64,000 nucleotides of DNA from Saccostrea echinata (GCF_033153115.1 NW_026889762.1:4898001-4962000), one strand, 5' to 3'. Positions 12,824 through 25,838 are shown, counted from the stretch's first letter. Notes: generated by a model from the sequence alone, not told the origin. A program made the numbers and translations.

Positions 12824-13519
12824 AATTACTTTTATATTAAAATCAACGATCAGAAATAAAAGCATAGGTGTTCGACGTGTAACAAGTATAATAATATTTG
12901 CAAACAATCATTATTACTACCAATAACAAATTTTAACTGTACTTATAATTCAAGGGCTCAAATAATTCATTTTATTTTTCTTGCATTTAAATGTATGCTT
13001 TGCTCAAGTGTGTAGCTGATAAGATGTGACCCTCTAAATTCGCGAAACCGAGCTGAAAAGGATACCCGTTTCCTAGGAAAACGACCAGTCAACTGCTGAT
13101 CTAGAGAATTTCACCACTTATAATTTGGAGCTTTAGAATACAGCACTTTAGTTCTATGAGGCGAACTATAGATTCTAAAAATTATCTATTGTGAAGAATG
13201 AAAATTATATTTTCAATTTTTGCACGTTACTAACATAACTAATGCTGATAATTATTTAATATGTTAATTTTTTATGATTTTTCATAGAGTTCGGTTAATT
13301 TGGACTAATATTTCGTTTTCATTAAAATCAAAATTAAAATGAGTAATTTTTATCAATCCTTGATGTATCTAAAAAAAATTTTTTTTTTTTCATTTAAGAT
13401 TTTAAGAAAATCCGCCATGCATTAGGTTTCTTAGCACAGTAACCACTTTTTTATGACAACATTACAGAGTGGGACCTGCGTTTGCCCAAAATAAAGTGGC
13501 CTTGTTTTATGCCAAATTA

Positions 13520-14200
13520 TCTCGGTTTGACCTACGTTGGATCAACATTACATGCCCACCGTATAGTAGCCATATTTCACACCAACATTTACTTCTGGAT
13601 CAGCATTTGGTCAACATCACTTAATGCTTTCATGCCAGCATATCATGTGTCGGGTCGACGTTGAACCAACATTTATTATCCCCGGTGAGCAGTTCGATTG
13701 TTGGGCCAACACTGGACCAATATAAACACTCTTAAAAAGGGAACACTTATGCTACCACTGGGCTAACGTTGGGCTAATGTACTATTACTGTTACAAAATT
13801 AAATAATCGTCTTTGTTACTGGTATTACACACACTGGACCAACGTTGGCCCATTGCAATGCTCCCAATTAATATGCACATCATCCTTTAGTTCGCAGTAT
13901 GACTATTGAGGAAATAAACAAAATGAGCCAACATTGGGTCAGTACTGTGGCATACAGCTTTAAATAAACAACTTCGTTTAGAGATTATTACAAAGGTTGG
14001 ACCTACTTTAGAATCCCAACATTCCCAAAGAAGTATTGCAAATCGGAGTTGGTTAACGTTGAAACAACGTCTGGCCAACGTAAAAATCTAAACATGGTTG
14101 GATACTAGAGAGAAGATTGACATACATGTAGTTACAATATGTACATTGGTCCAACGTTGGTCCAACGCTGTTTACTCAACGCCAACCATCGGCCAACCTT
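13520..14200. mobile_element. Decayed MITE rich in CCAACGTTGG palindromic motifs
   Basis: More than ten CCAAC(G/A)TTGG-like motifs in both orientations; termini not resolved. Confidence 0.6.
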
Positions 14201-15794
14201 ATAACCCATCACAGTTAGCCAAACACAGTCATGCAATCTTGGAAGTGTGTCAAGAATCATTTCTAGCAATACAGTTTACTTGAAATAAAACCAAGATTTT
14301 TTAGCATCCAAAAATTGTGTAAGTTTTTTTTTCTCTGATTATTTCCAGATCATAATTTTTTTGTCAGAAAGTATCACTCAATTTTCTTGAAAATCTTTTG
14401 AAGAAAATAATACGTCGCAGAATCGAAAAAAAAAATTATTGTTGATCGTTAAATTATTCTCATTTCTATATTTCTTTAGACATAAATATATCATATCATT
14501 ATAGAAAATGAGATATATTTACAAGTGTTCATTAATTTGCCATTGCCTAGACAATCAGTTTGTTTACGTTTTGTTTCTTAAAGTTGACTGAACTAACTTA
14601 ACGTTTAAAAATAAGATTGGGGAATGCCTGCATCTATTAATAGCGAGTGGCACACTTTTATAGATATCAATACAGCCTGAGTATTCATTAAAAGCTTAAT
14701 TTCATAATCCCTAAAGATTCCTTTTGATTGAATTAGGACGAAAAAAAGAATCCCAGATACCAATTTGAAAGCAATTGCCTACAGCAAAGACGTTGAAACA
14801 ATGAAGTTTTCTGAAAGTTACCTATATAAGTTTTTGCATGCGCACGGATTGAAGCCAAACTCATACTTTGCAAAAATTACATTATTGTAACTCCAAAACA
14901 GAGATGATATATGCATGCAGCTTAAAACAAAAAAAAAATGTTTATTTGGTGCCCATTTCGTTGCTGACCGAAAGTATTTCTATTATGAATTCCGTCGAAG
15001 AGTACATCAGGCTATGATCTAAAGAAAGATCTGGATACTTTGTCAAAATGGACAAAGAATGTAAGAATGTAAGATTAAGGACAATCGCAACGTGGCATTG
15101 AGTTTTATTTTCTTATTCCCTCTATACTTTAAGAGTTGCAATAACTGAAGGACGTTTGTGCGATTTTATGATGCCTGTAAATCCTGTACAACTCGAAATA
15201 CCAGCTAAAAAATATTTTTGATAATTTCTTCTTTAAAAAAACACGATTTTCCTCATTTGATAAATATACAAGACTCCTGATTATGTGTGTTTATTTCTAT
15301 CTAAGAACATCTAATAGAACTTTGATTTTAAACTATGAATGTCTTGGAAAATCGCAAGAGGGGAAATGTGTATTGCAAAAAATGCTCACGTAAGCACATT
15401 TACACCTCAGTCAGTGGAAGGTGCAAATTTGTTTATTCAAACATGTATGCAAATATTTCATCTTATACGGCGAGCTTTACTAATATGCAAATTATTTACA
15501 TATTATGTGTAAATACATTGTATACTGAGTCTCGTGTAAGCATGTCTTGCTTGCATATGTGCAAAAAATACTCCTGTAAGCAAATTTCAATAGTACTTGA
15601 AATCATTTATCTTTTCCCAAGTCAATACCATCAAGCCATGGTTTTTCTATACTTTATTCAACTATTCTCGTGATTTATTAGACACCAGACCCCGGAATCA
15701 TAAAACTTCAGAAAGCCAGAATCTTCATAATGCGATGATATGATTTAAACGACAAACAGTCCAAAATAAAAATTATTATTCGACATTACATCAA

Positions 15795-15915
15795 GCTTAC
15801 TCCTCCATGGCATCTGATCCCTCCTTTTGATGATTTTAGAGGTCCATGTTTGTTCTGCTCCCGATTTGTATTGTTTCAATGGACTTTGAGTTTGTTTGTT
15901 GTTTGTTATCACGTT
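15795..15915 (+). mobile_element. Penelope-like 3' UTR fragment
   Basis: GCTTACTCCTCC.TGGCA.CTGATCCC motif shared with ~17200 and ~56260. Confidence 0.55.
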
Positions 15916-15967
15916 ATTTTATCATCAAACTACAGTTGTCTGCAAATTAAGAGTTTCATTTGACAAG

Positions 15968-16577
15968 CTTCATAAGCACTCTTAGATTTTTTTTAAAAGT
16001 TGTACTTAAGTACTGAAAAAAATCTTAGTTAAGAAAAAATTCATAAGTCATAGTCATATAAATTAAGTACTAATTCTTAGCTAAGTTCAATTCTGAGAAA
16101 ATTAGAGCACTTAAGTCAAGTCACCTTGGCAACACATGAGAATTCCCGAACAAAAAACGAGCTCTTTTGTGATAGAGGTATTTAGTTCTATGTGTATTAC
16201 ATCACAAGTGAAATGTACTATGTCATCAACATTGCACAATATTACATCTTACCAGTTTGATAATTATCTCAAAGACAAAAAGAGGTTTTAGTTGGATGTA
16301 ATAGCATGGTTTCTTAATGAAATATTAAGATTTTTTTCTGGGCATGATTATTTTCCTTTCAATAAAGAAAACAAGTATTTCTTAACTATTTAAGACACCT
16401 TCTGAGAACACTTTTAAAACTTTAAGTTAATACTTAAGCAGTTAGTATGTTTATGAATTACACCTAAGGATTTCTACCAAATTTAAGCAATACTTAGGGA
16501 ACTTAAATAAAAAAAATAACTTGAGTGATTTTTTAACTAAAATATACACTAAAAAGTTTTATGAATCCCAGCCCAGG
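15968..16577. mobile_element. Decayed MITE with CTTAAG-rich subterminal repeats
   Basis: TTCATAAG...TTTATGAA inverted ends, right end TTTATGAATCCCAGCCC; repeated CTTAAG/CTTAG. Confidence 0.45.
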
Positions 16578-16779
16578 CTTTTTGACATCATAGAGAACTT
16601 CTTAAATACAAAATTAATAAAACTCGGAAATTTTTATATCGTGTGATTGGTCATCTACAAAATTACTTTGTTAAAATCATTCTGATTCTACAGAAAGGTC
16701 TCCGTAGTTGATATTAAAACAACATCTGTATAGTCATTGGAGACCAGGTCTTAAATATTCCAACAATCCAGAATTCTCT

Positions 16780-17260
16780 CGATCGGGAAATGAACAACCA
16801 TATGACAAACGGAAGGACTTTAGTTTTTCCATCGTTCAACTTCCACTATTCATGATCATGTAGTATCATTCCAAGATCAACTCAGTATTATTTCTTTGTC
16901 TTCCAACTACATGATTCGATTAGCAAGAGGGGAATGTTCTTAGTACGATTAATTTTTTTTAAGTGAAGCAGGCTAACGAATAAGTTAGAGTTACAGACTT
17001 TTCGACAATCTCGTTTAAATGAAGCATTCCGCAAACTCTGTGGTAGTTAACGTTCGAATGACATTAATGACAAAAAAGTCCTTTTTTGGTTCGATTTTCG
17101 ATTGACGTGTTTGGTTTAAATTGTTACCGATTTTTTGTACTAATTTTGAATTCAGATAAGTTTATCTGATCAATAAAGAGGGTTTTGGGCGGATGTAACT
17201 GCATACTCCTCCTAGGCAGCTGAACTCATCTCTGGTGTTTTCATGGGTTCATGTTTTGTT
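16780..17260 (+). mobile_element. Penelope-like element 3' remnant (RT C-terminus plus UTR)
   Basis: 16801 reads YDKRKDFSFSIV followed by a frameshifted NFP (YDKR.DF.F.IVNFP motif of PLE RT); downstream TACTCCTCCTAGGCA.CTGA UTR motif. Confidence 0.7.
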
Positions 17261-17381
17261 CATAGGATTTCCTATGTGTGTTGTCTTCACCTTTTTTCAT
17301 GTTCATCTTACTTCATGGTCATTTTATTGCATGGTTACATTAAGCATATTCTTTTTTCTGTTACAGTAAAACAAATGAAAT

Positions 17382-19677
17382 ATGGGTGCTATAAAGATTA
17401 TAAATTGGGCAAAGAGAATGAGGAAAAGAGTGAACAGTTTTAAAAGAAGTTCGAGCATTCTGCCAATGGAGCCAAAGTCAAATATCATCTCAAAGAGGAA
17501 ATCAAGTCTAAAACTGAATACATCTCAAAAGCAAGAACAGACAATGCACAAGAGTGGGTTATCAAAGAGAACAGACTCTGTTCTAGAGCTCAGCCAAGAT
17601 ATTGAAGAGTTAGATTGCAAAAGTTTTAAAGATCTCAATATGTCAGACATTTTCGCTGATGATGAATTATCCGAAGATTCATACACACCTGAAATTAAAA
17701 TGGAGTCCATGAGAAACTGTAGAAATTTCTCGACAGATTTTGGTTCAATTCTTCAGAGTTTTGAATCCACGCTCTTGGATTATTCTGGTGAATTTGATTC
17801 GAGAACAATTTCTATGAGTCTTTCGAGTTTGACATCAAATACCAATTGTCAGTTTATTGATATTTCTAGATCAAAACAATGTTATCATGTCCTAAATCAA
17901 CAAGATGAAGAGAGTACAAGGACTATGCCCTCTTTACGTCCAGTTTGCATTGTTCTTCCACAGAAATACATAAATCCTAAGCAATTTACCCAAAACAAAT
18001 ATCACAGTCCCTCTATAATATCTAGAAGTCATCCCCTTAGTGACATTTCATTTGATTGTATTGCTTTGGAGTCATCGCCTCAAAACAAATCGACGAAAAC
18101 AGAGATAAAGTGTCATAAGTACTTGTTACTAGAGAGAGGGCCTATTCTGATTTGTCGAACTCTTCCAGATAAAGAGCTTGAGAATGACTTTTGCACTCAG
18201 ACATCGAAGCCTCAAAAGAAGAATAAAGGTTCGAATTTTGGTAATGGCTTTCCAAAAATGGAAAGCATTAATGGATGTTCCTCTTTGTCACAGACTAAAT
18301 GCTATATGGTGTTAGAAATGGGTCCAGTTCTTACCTGTCCAAAAATGTTTGTAAGGAAGCCTTTTTCAAACCATGAAACTTTGCCATCTGAATTGAATAA
18401 TGATTTCACGATGTCCGCTAGCGATGGAGGACTTTACAACAGAACAAAACGTAAAAAATATAAAATAGAAAAGAGCAAAACTAGTCTTCCTGCATCTCCT
18501 GAAAAGTTAGAAAAGATGCTGAAGAAATTTCTTCTAACCTTTGGAAAGTTAACATCACCAGACAAATCCTCTTCATCAGATTTATCACAGGCTGACCTAT
18601 TGTCTTTATCCGATAGATTCTTGAGCAATCTGACATCAAATTCTACGTTAGAAACTTTTCCTAAAAAGTCACTTCAGTTGATTCGCAAAATTCTATACTA
18701 CAGTAACCACGTCCCTTCAATACAAGAGTTAGTTTTTGCATATCCGTTACACAGAATAAATATTACTGAAAGTGAATCTGAGGAAGCTCTTGGAGACCCT
18801 ATGCGTTTTGAATGGCAGAGGATAAGAAGCTTTCATTCATATCCGACATCTGATTTAGGGGTTTCTATTCTTCACTTAGCTCAGAATGGATTTTATTATA
18901 CTGGTAGAGGTTCTGAGACGACTTGTTTCTATTGCAAATGTAAATACAGTGATTGGCGGCTTGATTCTGACGTACGTCGCACACACCTTCAGTTATCTCC
19001 AGAATGTCCTGTGGCTATTGGAAGGGAGAGTAGTAATGTTCCTATTCATCCAGCAAGAAGAAGGGAAAATGAACCGCAACAAGTCGATCCATTTTTCGGA
19101 ATAGATCGTTTAGAAGAAAACATTGCAGAAGATGGCGGTGAATCAAGAGCGAGGGTAACGCAACATTCACCCGTTCAGAATAATTCGGTAAACAATCATT
19201 CAAACCATGGAAGTTCTTTACCACAAGTTAGGGATGGCAATGATGTAGACAATGCAAGTTCCATCTTACGGGAAATCGAGGGCGTTCGGTTAAGTGGGCA
19301 GGGGGACAGACAAAGGGCTGAAAATTTCAGTATCAGCCCTGAAGGCTTTTCGTCAACATCGCTGGATGCATCAAACGAACAAGTCAAAAAACAGAGGAAA
19401 AATAATGAATCCCAAAATCAGCGACTTGTAAATTCTCCTCGTGAAGGAAGATTAAACACATCAAGTAATACAGAAACACAGCGCTCCTCAACCAGTACTG
19501 CACAAGCATATAAACAAAAACTTTCATCTCAATTAGACCCGCTAGGAATTGTATGGGAAAAGCCAAAGTTTCCTCCTTATGCCATTTTAAGCAAAAGGAT
19601 ATCCTCCTTTGAAGGATGGTCAAAGGACATACCACAATCACCTACAGAGCTGTCCAAGGCTGGATATTTTTATGTTG
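17382..19677 (+). CDS. IAP/BIRC gene, coding exon 1 (Ser-rich extension, BIR1, first half of BIR2)
   Basis: 765-codon open frame; BIR1 RIRSF..LAQNGFYY..CFYC-x16-H-x6-C; BIR2 start KRISSFEGW..LSKAGYFYVG; acceptor TTACAG ending 17366; donor G|GTATGA at 19678. Confidence 0.9.
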
Positions 19678-19680
19678 GTA

Positions 19681-19683
<3 letters not shown>

Positions 19684-19730
<47 letters not shown>
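19684..19730 (+). repeat. (CT)n microsatellite just after the IAP exon 1 donor
   Basis: About 23 CT units; source of the spurious SLSLSL ORF tail. Confidence 0.95.
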
Positions 19731-19733
<3 letters not shown>

Positions 19734-19930
19734 ATATTCCAGTATATGTTTTGCATTTGACAGGGATGAAAAATTTCTAAAATCTCTGAAATCGTACTTT
19801 AAAAAAATGGAAAACTTCCTACAAATAACATTACTAGTACTTTCATTCGATTGTCGATCATATTTTGATTATGAAATATATGTATTTAGTGACTGCTGAT
19901 TTGATCATAATTTTTCACTCACAATTGAAG

Positions 19931-20100
19931 GTGTAAGCGATTATGTGCGGTGTTTCTTTTGTGGTGGCGGACTGAGGAACTGGGAGAGGAGTGATGTTCC
20001 TTGGGAAGAACATGCTAAGTGGTTCCCACGGTGTGCTTTTTTAAGAAATGTTAAAGGAGAGGAGTACGTCTCTCTTGTACAGCGTAATTCCCAGACTGAT
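19931..20100 (+). CDS. IAP coding exon 2 (second half of BIR2)
   Basis: AAG|GT; [37 protein letters not shown]; donor GTAAGC at 20101; phase matches exon 1. Confidence 0.93.
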
Positions 20101-21068
20101 GTAAGCAATAAACAATGTTTATATTTTTAAAAAAAATAAACTTCTAAATTTCTTTTTCTAACAGTCATTAAAACCCGAGGTAAGTGGGTCCGAACTGCTG
20201 TTATTACCAAAGGGTGTGAGCTAAATATGATTTAAAATCTACCAATAAATAGACATAGAATCCAACAAATCAATAAAACAACGAAATAAAGATGAAAAAT
20301 GTCAGTAACACGAAAAGAACATAAAGTTAACTGTTTTAAATTGGAAACTGGGCGTCGTTAGTGGACATCAGGGGAAGGTATATGATGTAGCTGATTAAAC
20401 GCCTAAAAGAAAATTTGCGAGGTGTAACCAGTCTGCTTTTATCTGTAGGTGGGGGGGATATTTATTACATGCCACGCCCATTTTTAGACCTGATCAAGCC
20501 TCCATACTTCTGCGGAGGATTCGAAAACTAGCACCAAGATTCAGTTTGCACTGAAATCCAATTATAAAGCAATTTATAAGTCGTTAAGAATGGATTTAAT
20601 GGGCGCGTTATAAATTGACATGGTATATTCTACCCTAAAAGTGACTTTGCACCCCATTCGAAAAGTGGAAACGTCCTTAAAATGCTAAAAAAAATGTGCA
20701 TGAAGTATGGATCGAATATTTTATCTCCCTGAAAAAATACATACACAGTATATAGGGATCTATGTTGGGCTTTGTTTTTTGACTCCAAGATAGTTATGGA
20801 CACCTCCCCCGACCCCACCCTCCAAAAAAAAAAAAAGAAAAAAAAAAGATATGTCTATGATTTGTTATAACCAGTCAGTGAGGCGGAAATTCGTCGTTAC
20901 GTAGTATTAGAGAAAAGTACTCATCATCAATTCTGAAAAAAGGCTGCTTATTTAAATGTATGCTAGTATTACTTACCGAACAGTAGTATTCCTTTAATTG
21001 ATTACTGTTGTGTTATTTGTCATCCAATTTTATTCTGGTTTTATTAACTTTTAATATTTGCTTTTCAG

Positions 21069-21096
21069 GATTTTGCTCAAGCGACTGAGTCAGAAG
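21069..21096 (+). CDS. IAP coding exon 3 (28-nt microexon, DFAQATESE)
   Basis: TTTTCAG acceptor, G|GTAATA donor; converts phase 0 to phase 1 as exon 4 requires. Confidence 0.75.
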
Positions 21097-21327
21097 GTAA
21101 TATATAATTACATTTAAAACAACTTAATTATATGTACATCACACAAATGACAGTACATGTATTTATACCAGTCTTTTTAAAACATGGTACAAAAAGCTTT
21201 ATAAAGTATGTAAACCAATGAAAATAATCCATTTTATTTCTTTTATATTGGTTGAAATACATTTCAATGACGGGTAAGCATGGTTAAGTTTTATATGTAC
21301 AGCATGTTATCATAGCGATCTTTTCAG

Positions 21328-21438
21328 TCCCAGGAGCAGATCAAAACCACTTAATCTTTGAAATTCTTGAGGAAGAGGGATATCCCAGAGACAGAATCCA
21401 GTCTGCCATTAATGCATGGAAGCAAAGGCGAGATAGGG
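21328..21438 (+). CDS. IAP coding exon 4 (UBA-like)
   Basis: TTTTCAG acceptor, GTAAGG donor; PGADQNHLIFEILEEEGYPRDRIQSAINAWKQRRDR. Confidence 0.8.
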
Positions 21439-21743
21439 GTAAGGATTATATTAAGGTCCATCATCTGGCCTAATGATTCTCCCAAAGAAAATAAATCTAT
21501 GATAAAAATGAACACAATTTCAGTACACCAAGAAGGGCAAAATTTGACAGAAATTAATTTTTGACTTTTCAATTTTATAAAAGAATAATAATTTATTTCT
21601 GTGAGAGTTATCTCTCTTATCAGAGGGCCAATCAACCTTAATGGTAATGGGTTCAACATAACCTGTTTTTTTTAAATGCACATTAATTGACAAATATGAT
21701 ATAGTAAACCCATTTTTTTGAATAGAAATGTACTTTTTTCCAG

Positions 21744-21848
21744 TTGGTTTCAAATTACCGATGAAGGCCGAGGACTTGGTTGACATTCTGGAAGAAGATA
21801 GTGAAAGTCCTGAGAATACATGTACTTCATTATCACAAAAACCAGAGG
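21744..21848 (+). CDS. IAP coding exon 5
   Basis: TTTTTTCCAG acceptor, GTAATC donor; GFKLPMKAEDLVDILEEDSESPENTCTSLSQKPE; 105 nt, phase 1-1. Confidence 0.8.
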
Positions 21849-22267
21849 GTAATCCATATAAATAACATGTGGATAAAAATCTCAATTAACATTCTTTTTA
21901 AGGACAGTAGCAATTGTTATATAGATTAGTTCATATGTTTGGATTATTTTGGATGTAAATAATGCAAATTTCAAACTTCTAAAATATTAAGAAATTGTAA
22001 ACTTTCTATGGTTTCAATATTCTAACCTTTTGTTATTGCTCTTATAAATCAATAGAATGATACAACTTTTTATCACTTTACCTGTAAAGGACAATGATTG
22101 TGAACCTTTGAATGAAAAATTATAAAACCTTCGTGATTAAATTTAATAATTTTACTATATAAACATGACGTAAGTTGTTATTTTCATGATTTTTGAAGGA
22201 AAAAAAAAAGTTTGTAGCATGCCTTTATTGAATGACACTTGTCAAATTCTAGAGGTTTTAATTGCAG

Positions 22268-22464
22268 AACTTCAAACACTCCAGACAGAGTTCTCGTTCC
22301 TGCAGTCCACATTGCTGTGTAAGGTCTGTTTTAAACAGGAAGTAGGAATGGCTTTTCTACCCTGCGGCCATCTTGTCTGCTGCAAGGAATGTGCACCAGC
22401 TGTTAGGAAGTGCATCCTTTGTGATGTCATTATAAAGGGAACCGTCAAGACCTACTTTTCTTAA
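22268..22464 (+). CDS. IAP last coding exon (C3HC4 RING)
   Basis: CKVC..FLPCGHLVCCKECAPAVRKCILC..IKGTVKTYFS*, typical IAP C-terminal RING; TTGCAG acceptor (in-frame alternative at 22253). Confidence 0.92.
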
Positions 22465-25098
22465 AAGTCATAAGACATTACTAGTTTCAACATAGACATA
22501 AATAACTATGTTATTTATGTCCCTGGTTTCAGAAGAATTAGTCCAAGACAAAATTAGACCAACTGCACCATTACTTCCACACTCCAAAAGGGGACACAGA
22601 CCAATTCAAAAATCATATGCAAACAGCTTTTTTGATCTTGTGTGCCTCAGCAACAGAACAAAGCAAAAAGCAAATGCAGCATTTTGTTCATGCCTGCCTT
22701 AGCTACATTTATTTGTCCTGATACTGGTTTTCATTGCAAATTATACACAAAATGATATAAACAATTGTTCTCCAAGATTTGATTTTATTGTATGTGTAAG
22801 AGAAAAATAATTCCAGTGTTCAATTTTGCTTCATTTGTACTCTCAACTGCTCAAAGAAGAAACTGCATGAAAATTTTAGTCATTATGCACATGCAGGGAC
22901 ATGTACACAAGTCCCTGATACATCTTAGAGTCATACTTAACATCTGCGAAAATTTAAATACCAATGAAAAAAATTGAGCATTGTGATGACCTATATAATT
23001 TGCATATGATCTCAATTTTCTACTTTATAATTTCATGAAACTGTGTTGAATGTTATCATTATGGGAACATGCAGTTTTCATGGATTACATTATATTGCTA
23101 TATTTAAATGTTAAATAATGTGATTTGGGATATGTGGTATTTTACTGCTTAAATATGCTTTGTTTACACAGGTATCATACATATCATATGATCTTGGTTT
23201 GAAAATATACAGGGAAATTAGAAATAAATACCCAAAAATACTTATGCCTGAACCAGCATAATAACATGGAGCAATACACTGTATATGTATTGAATGTTTT
23301 AATATCAATAAAAAACATACAAATTTGAAACTTGAGTGTTTATACATTTACAAATTATTCAGAAGTTTTATCATATTATTAAAACAGAACAACCAATGAA
23401 GAATTCTGGATTTTGATCATTTGAAAAAGTTTCTTTACCCTAAAAACTAATGTATTTTACAGGAGAAATGCCTGAACAAAATATAAACACTACACTAACA
23501 TATTAAATACATTGTAAATTCACGTGACTAGAGGAAAGTTCTATATAAAGCTGACATGTAACATGTATCACAACATTTCCAGTCTAATTATACACAACTA
23601 CATTTCTATAATCCTCCACAAAAAGAGTAGAGTCAAGCCATCAAATTTGTGTCAGCTCAGTGTCACACAAAGCCCCCCCCCACCCCCCCCCCCCCTTCCA
23701 ACATTCATGTTTAAAGATTTGTAAGTCAAATGAAGTAAAGATATCGATGGGTGTAAATGAAACTAAATATAATGTCATCATATTGATTCTTTTGTTTTCA
23801 TGAATTAGTTCTACAAGTCATCAATATCAATTGACATAACAAAATCAGCTCATTAATACAAACACAACAAAAGTGAATAATTAACAACTTTCAAAATCTA
23901 AGGGCACTTTCTTTCTTGAAGATTGATTAAAATTTTAAACATGAAATATGTGAGTCATCAATTTCAACAGACATATTAAAAATTAGCTCAGCCAAAAAGT
24001 AAATGAGTAGAATTTACAGAAGTCTAAGGGCAATAACTCTCTTGAACATTGGCTAATAAATACATGTATGAAACTAAAGAAAAGATGAAACAGACTTTTT
24101 TTTCAAAAATGAGTTCATCCACATAGATTTTACTTCTTCATTCAAAAATTTTGCAAATATGTCATATAAAGTAATATACAGTTGTATATTTTTATAAGGG
24201 TGATGGCAGAAAGGTAAAAATTTTGAACAATTCACAGAAAGTTTACAATTTCTTATTTCTTTTAAATTTGATGTTTGTATCATTCATAAATAATTAAAAA
24301 TAGGTTCTAAAATATGAATATCAATCCATACATCCATTTTTTAATTTTTTTTTTTTTTTTTTTTGGTATCAACTGTCCTTAAATTTTACCTTAATAATTA
24401 ACTCATTAAAATCAAGAGACACACCAACAATTAGCCCATTATATACCAGCTCAACAGTCAAAAATTAGAAATTTTCAAAGGTCTAAGGGCAATAACTCTC
24501 TTGAAAACTGATCAATAAACATGCATTTATTGAAGTATTCAAAGGAAAAAAGTTTGAACAACTAACTGTGACAGATGGAAAGGGGTAACACTATATGCCT
24601 TGATCATTACATTGTACCTGGCAGGGCATGAATGTGGAAATGCATATCACTACTATATGCATATATTGTAATTATATATTCTCACTTGTAAAGGATATCA
24701 CACAGTGATATCTCTAAGATATATGTAAATAATCTAGATACAGACTTGATATAAAAATTGCAGTAAATTTAAAAAGAATATATACATGAAAAAAAAATAC
24801 AAATACAATTGTATGCATGTGAAATCATCTTTTTAGACTAAATAAAGCAGTCAATTGAAAGCAATTTTGTTTCTTGTGATAAATTGAACACTCTGTTTCT
24901 CACACTTGATAAATATCTAATTTCTCCATAATAAATAAATATCAAACCTTCCAAAGGAAGCTAGAAAATCAAATTATAAATTAAAGTTTCAAAACAACTA
25001 AGAACTAAAATTTAAGTCCATTAAAAAAATAAGTTATCAGGGTAAGAAACAATAAACATAAAAGTGTCCTGCAGTTCTGCATAAACTAGTTCTACATT

Positions 25099-25353
25099 TT
25101 ACTGGTTCCCTTGCTCCTCATCAGGATCCCGTTCTAACAACTGGCTCTTCAGACTCAGTGGTTCAAGTCGGTCCTCCGGTGGCAACATCTGGTTCAGACG
25201 TTCCATCTTAGGAACCAGGTTCTGCATGCTGTCCTTGACCCGGTTAAGAATGGAGAGCGTTTCAGAGATCCGCTGAAACTGGTCGGCATGCTTGTTGTAT
25301 TTCTTTTGTTTGTCCTGCATCACTCCCAGTAAAAACTGTATTGCACAATCAAT
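25099..25353 (-). CDS. BORCS5: BLOC-1-related complex subunit 5 (myrlysin/LOH12CR1), last exon
   Basis: IDCAIQFLLGVMQDKQKKYNKHADQFQRISE..MERLNQMLPPEDRLEP; TTTTAG acceptor. Confidence 0.92.
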   Translation of the reverse strand: MDCAIQFLLGVMQDKQKKYNKHADQFQRISETLSILNRVKDSMQNLVPKMERLNQMLPPEDRLEPLSLKSQLLERDPDEEQGNQ

Positions 25354-25838
25354 CTAAAATCAATTAAAGAGAATACAAGTTTCCTTTGACTTTCACAGAT
25401 TCGACCCAAAAGGTTTTGAATACAAATATTCTCTGAATATGGAAATTTTGCAGGAGGAACTTTTTTCCGAAAAATATAGTAAACACCAATCAATTATTTT
25501 AAATGGACGTGAAAAAAAATCATCAAGTTTTTTTCTTAAGGGATGTGCTTCATGAATATCTACATGTAATTCTAAAGTATTTTAGTACACACTGCTTAAT
25601 ACAGTATTATCTGGTCATTAAAATCACCAAATATTGATGTTGTATACAAATTATATTCTAAAACTGTACTGAATGAAATAAGCTTTCTTTATATAAAAAG
25701 CTGCTCTGAAGTTAAGGGTTCAGAAGCACTTATATTTGATAAGGTTGAAGTGAACTCAAAATGAAGAAAGGTCAGGGAATGAAAAATAAATGCATTAAAT
25801 AATGTTCAGGAAAAAAGATCAGTTCCATAGACCCCTAC

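Noticed and set aside
19678-19760. C-terminal MTLSLSLSL tail of the 792-aa ORF
   Set aside because: Read-through into an intron with (CT)n; BIR2 continues at 19931
21351-21885. Minus-strand ORFs of 102 and 121 aa
   Set aside because: Antisense shadows of IAP exons 4-5 and introns; no motifs
22465-25098. Possible overlap of convergent IAP and BORCS5 3' UTRs
   Set aside because: Candidate AATAAA signals exist on both strands well before overlap; not determinable without transcripts
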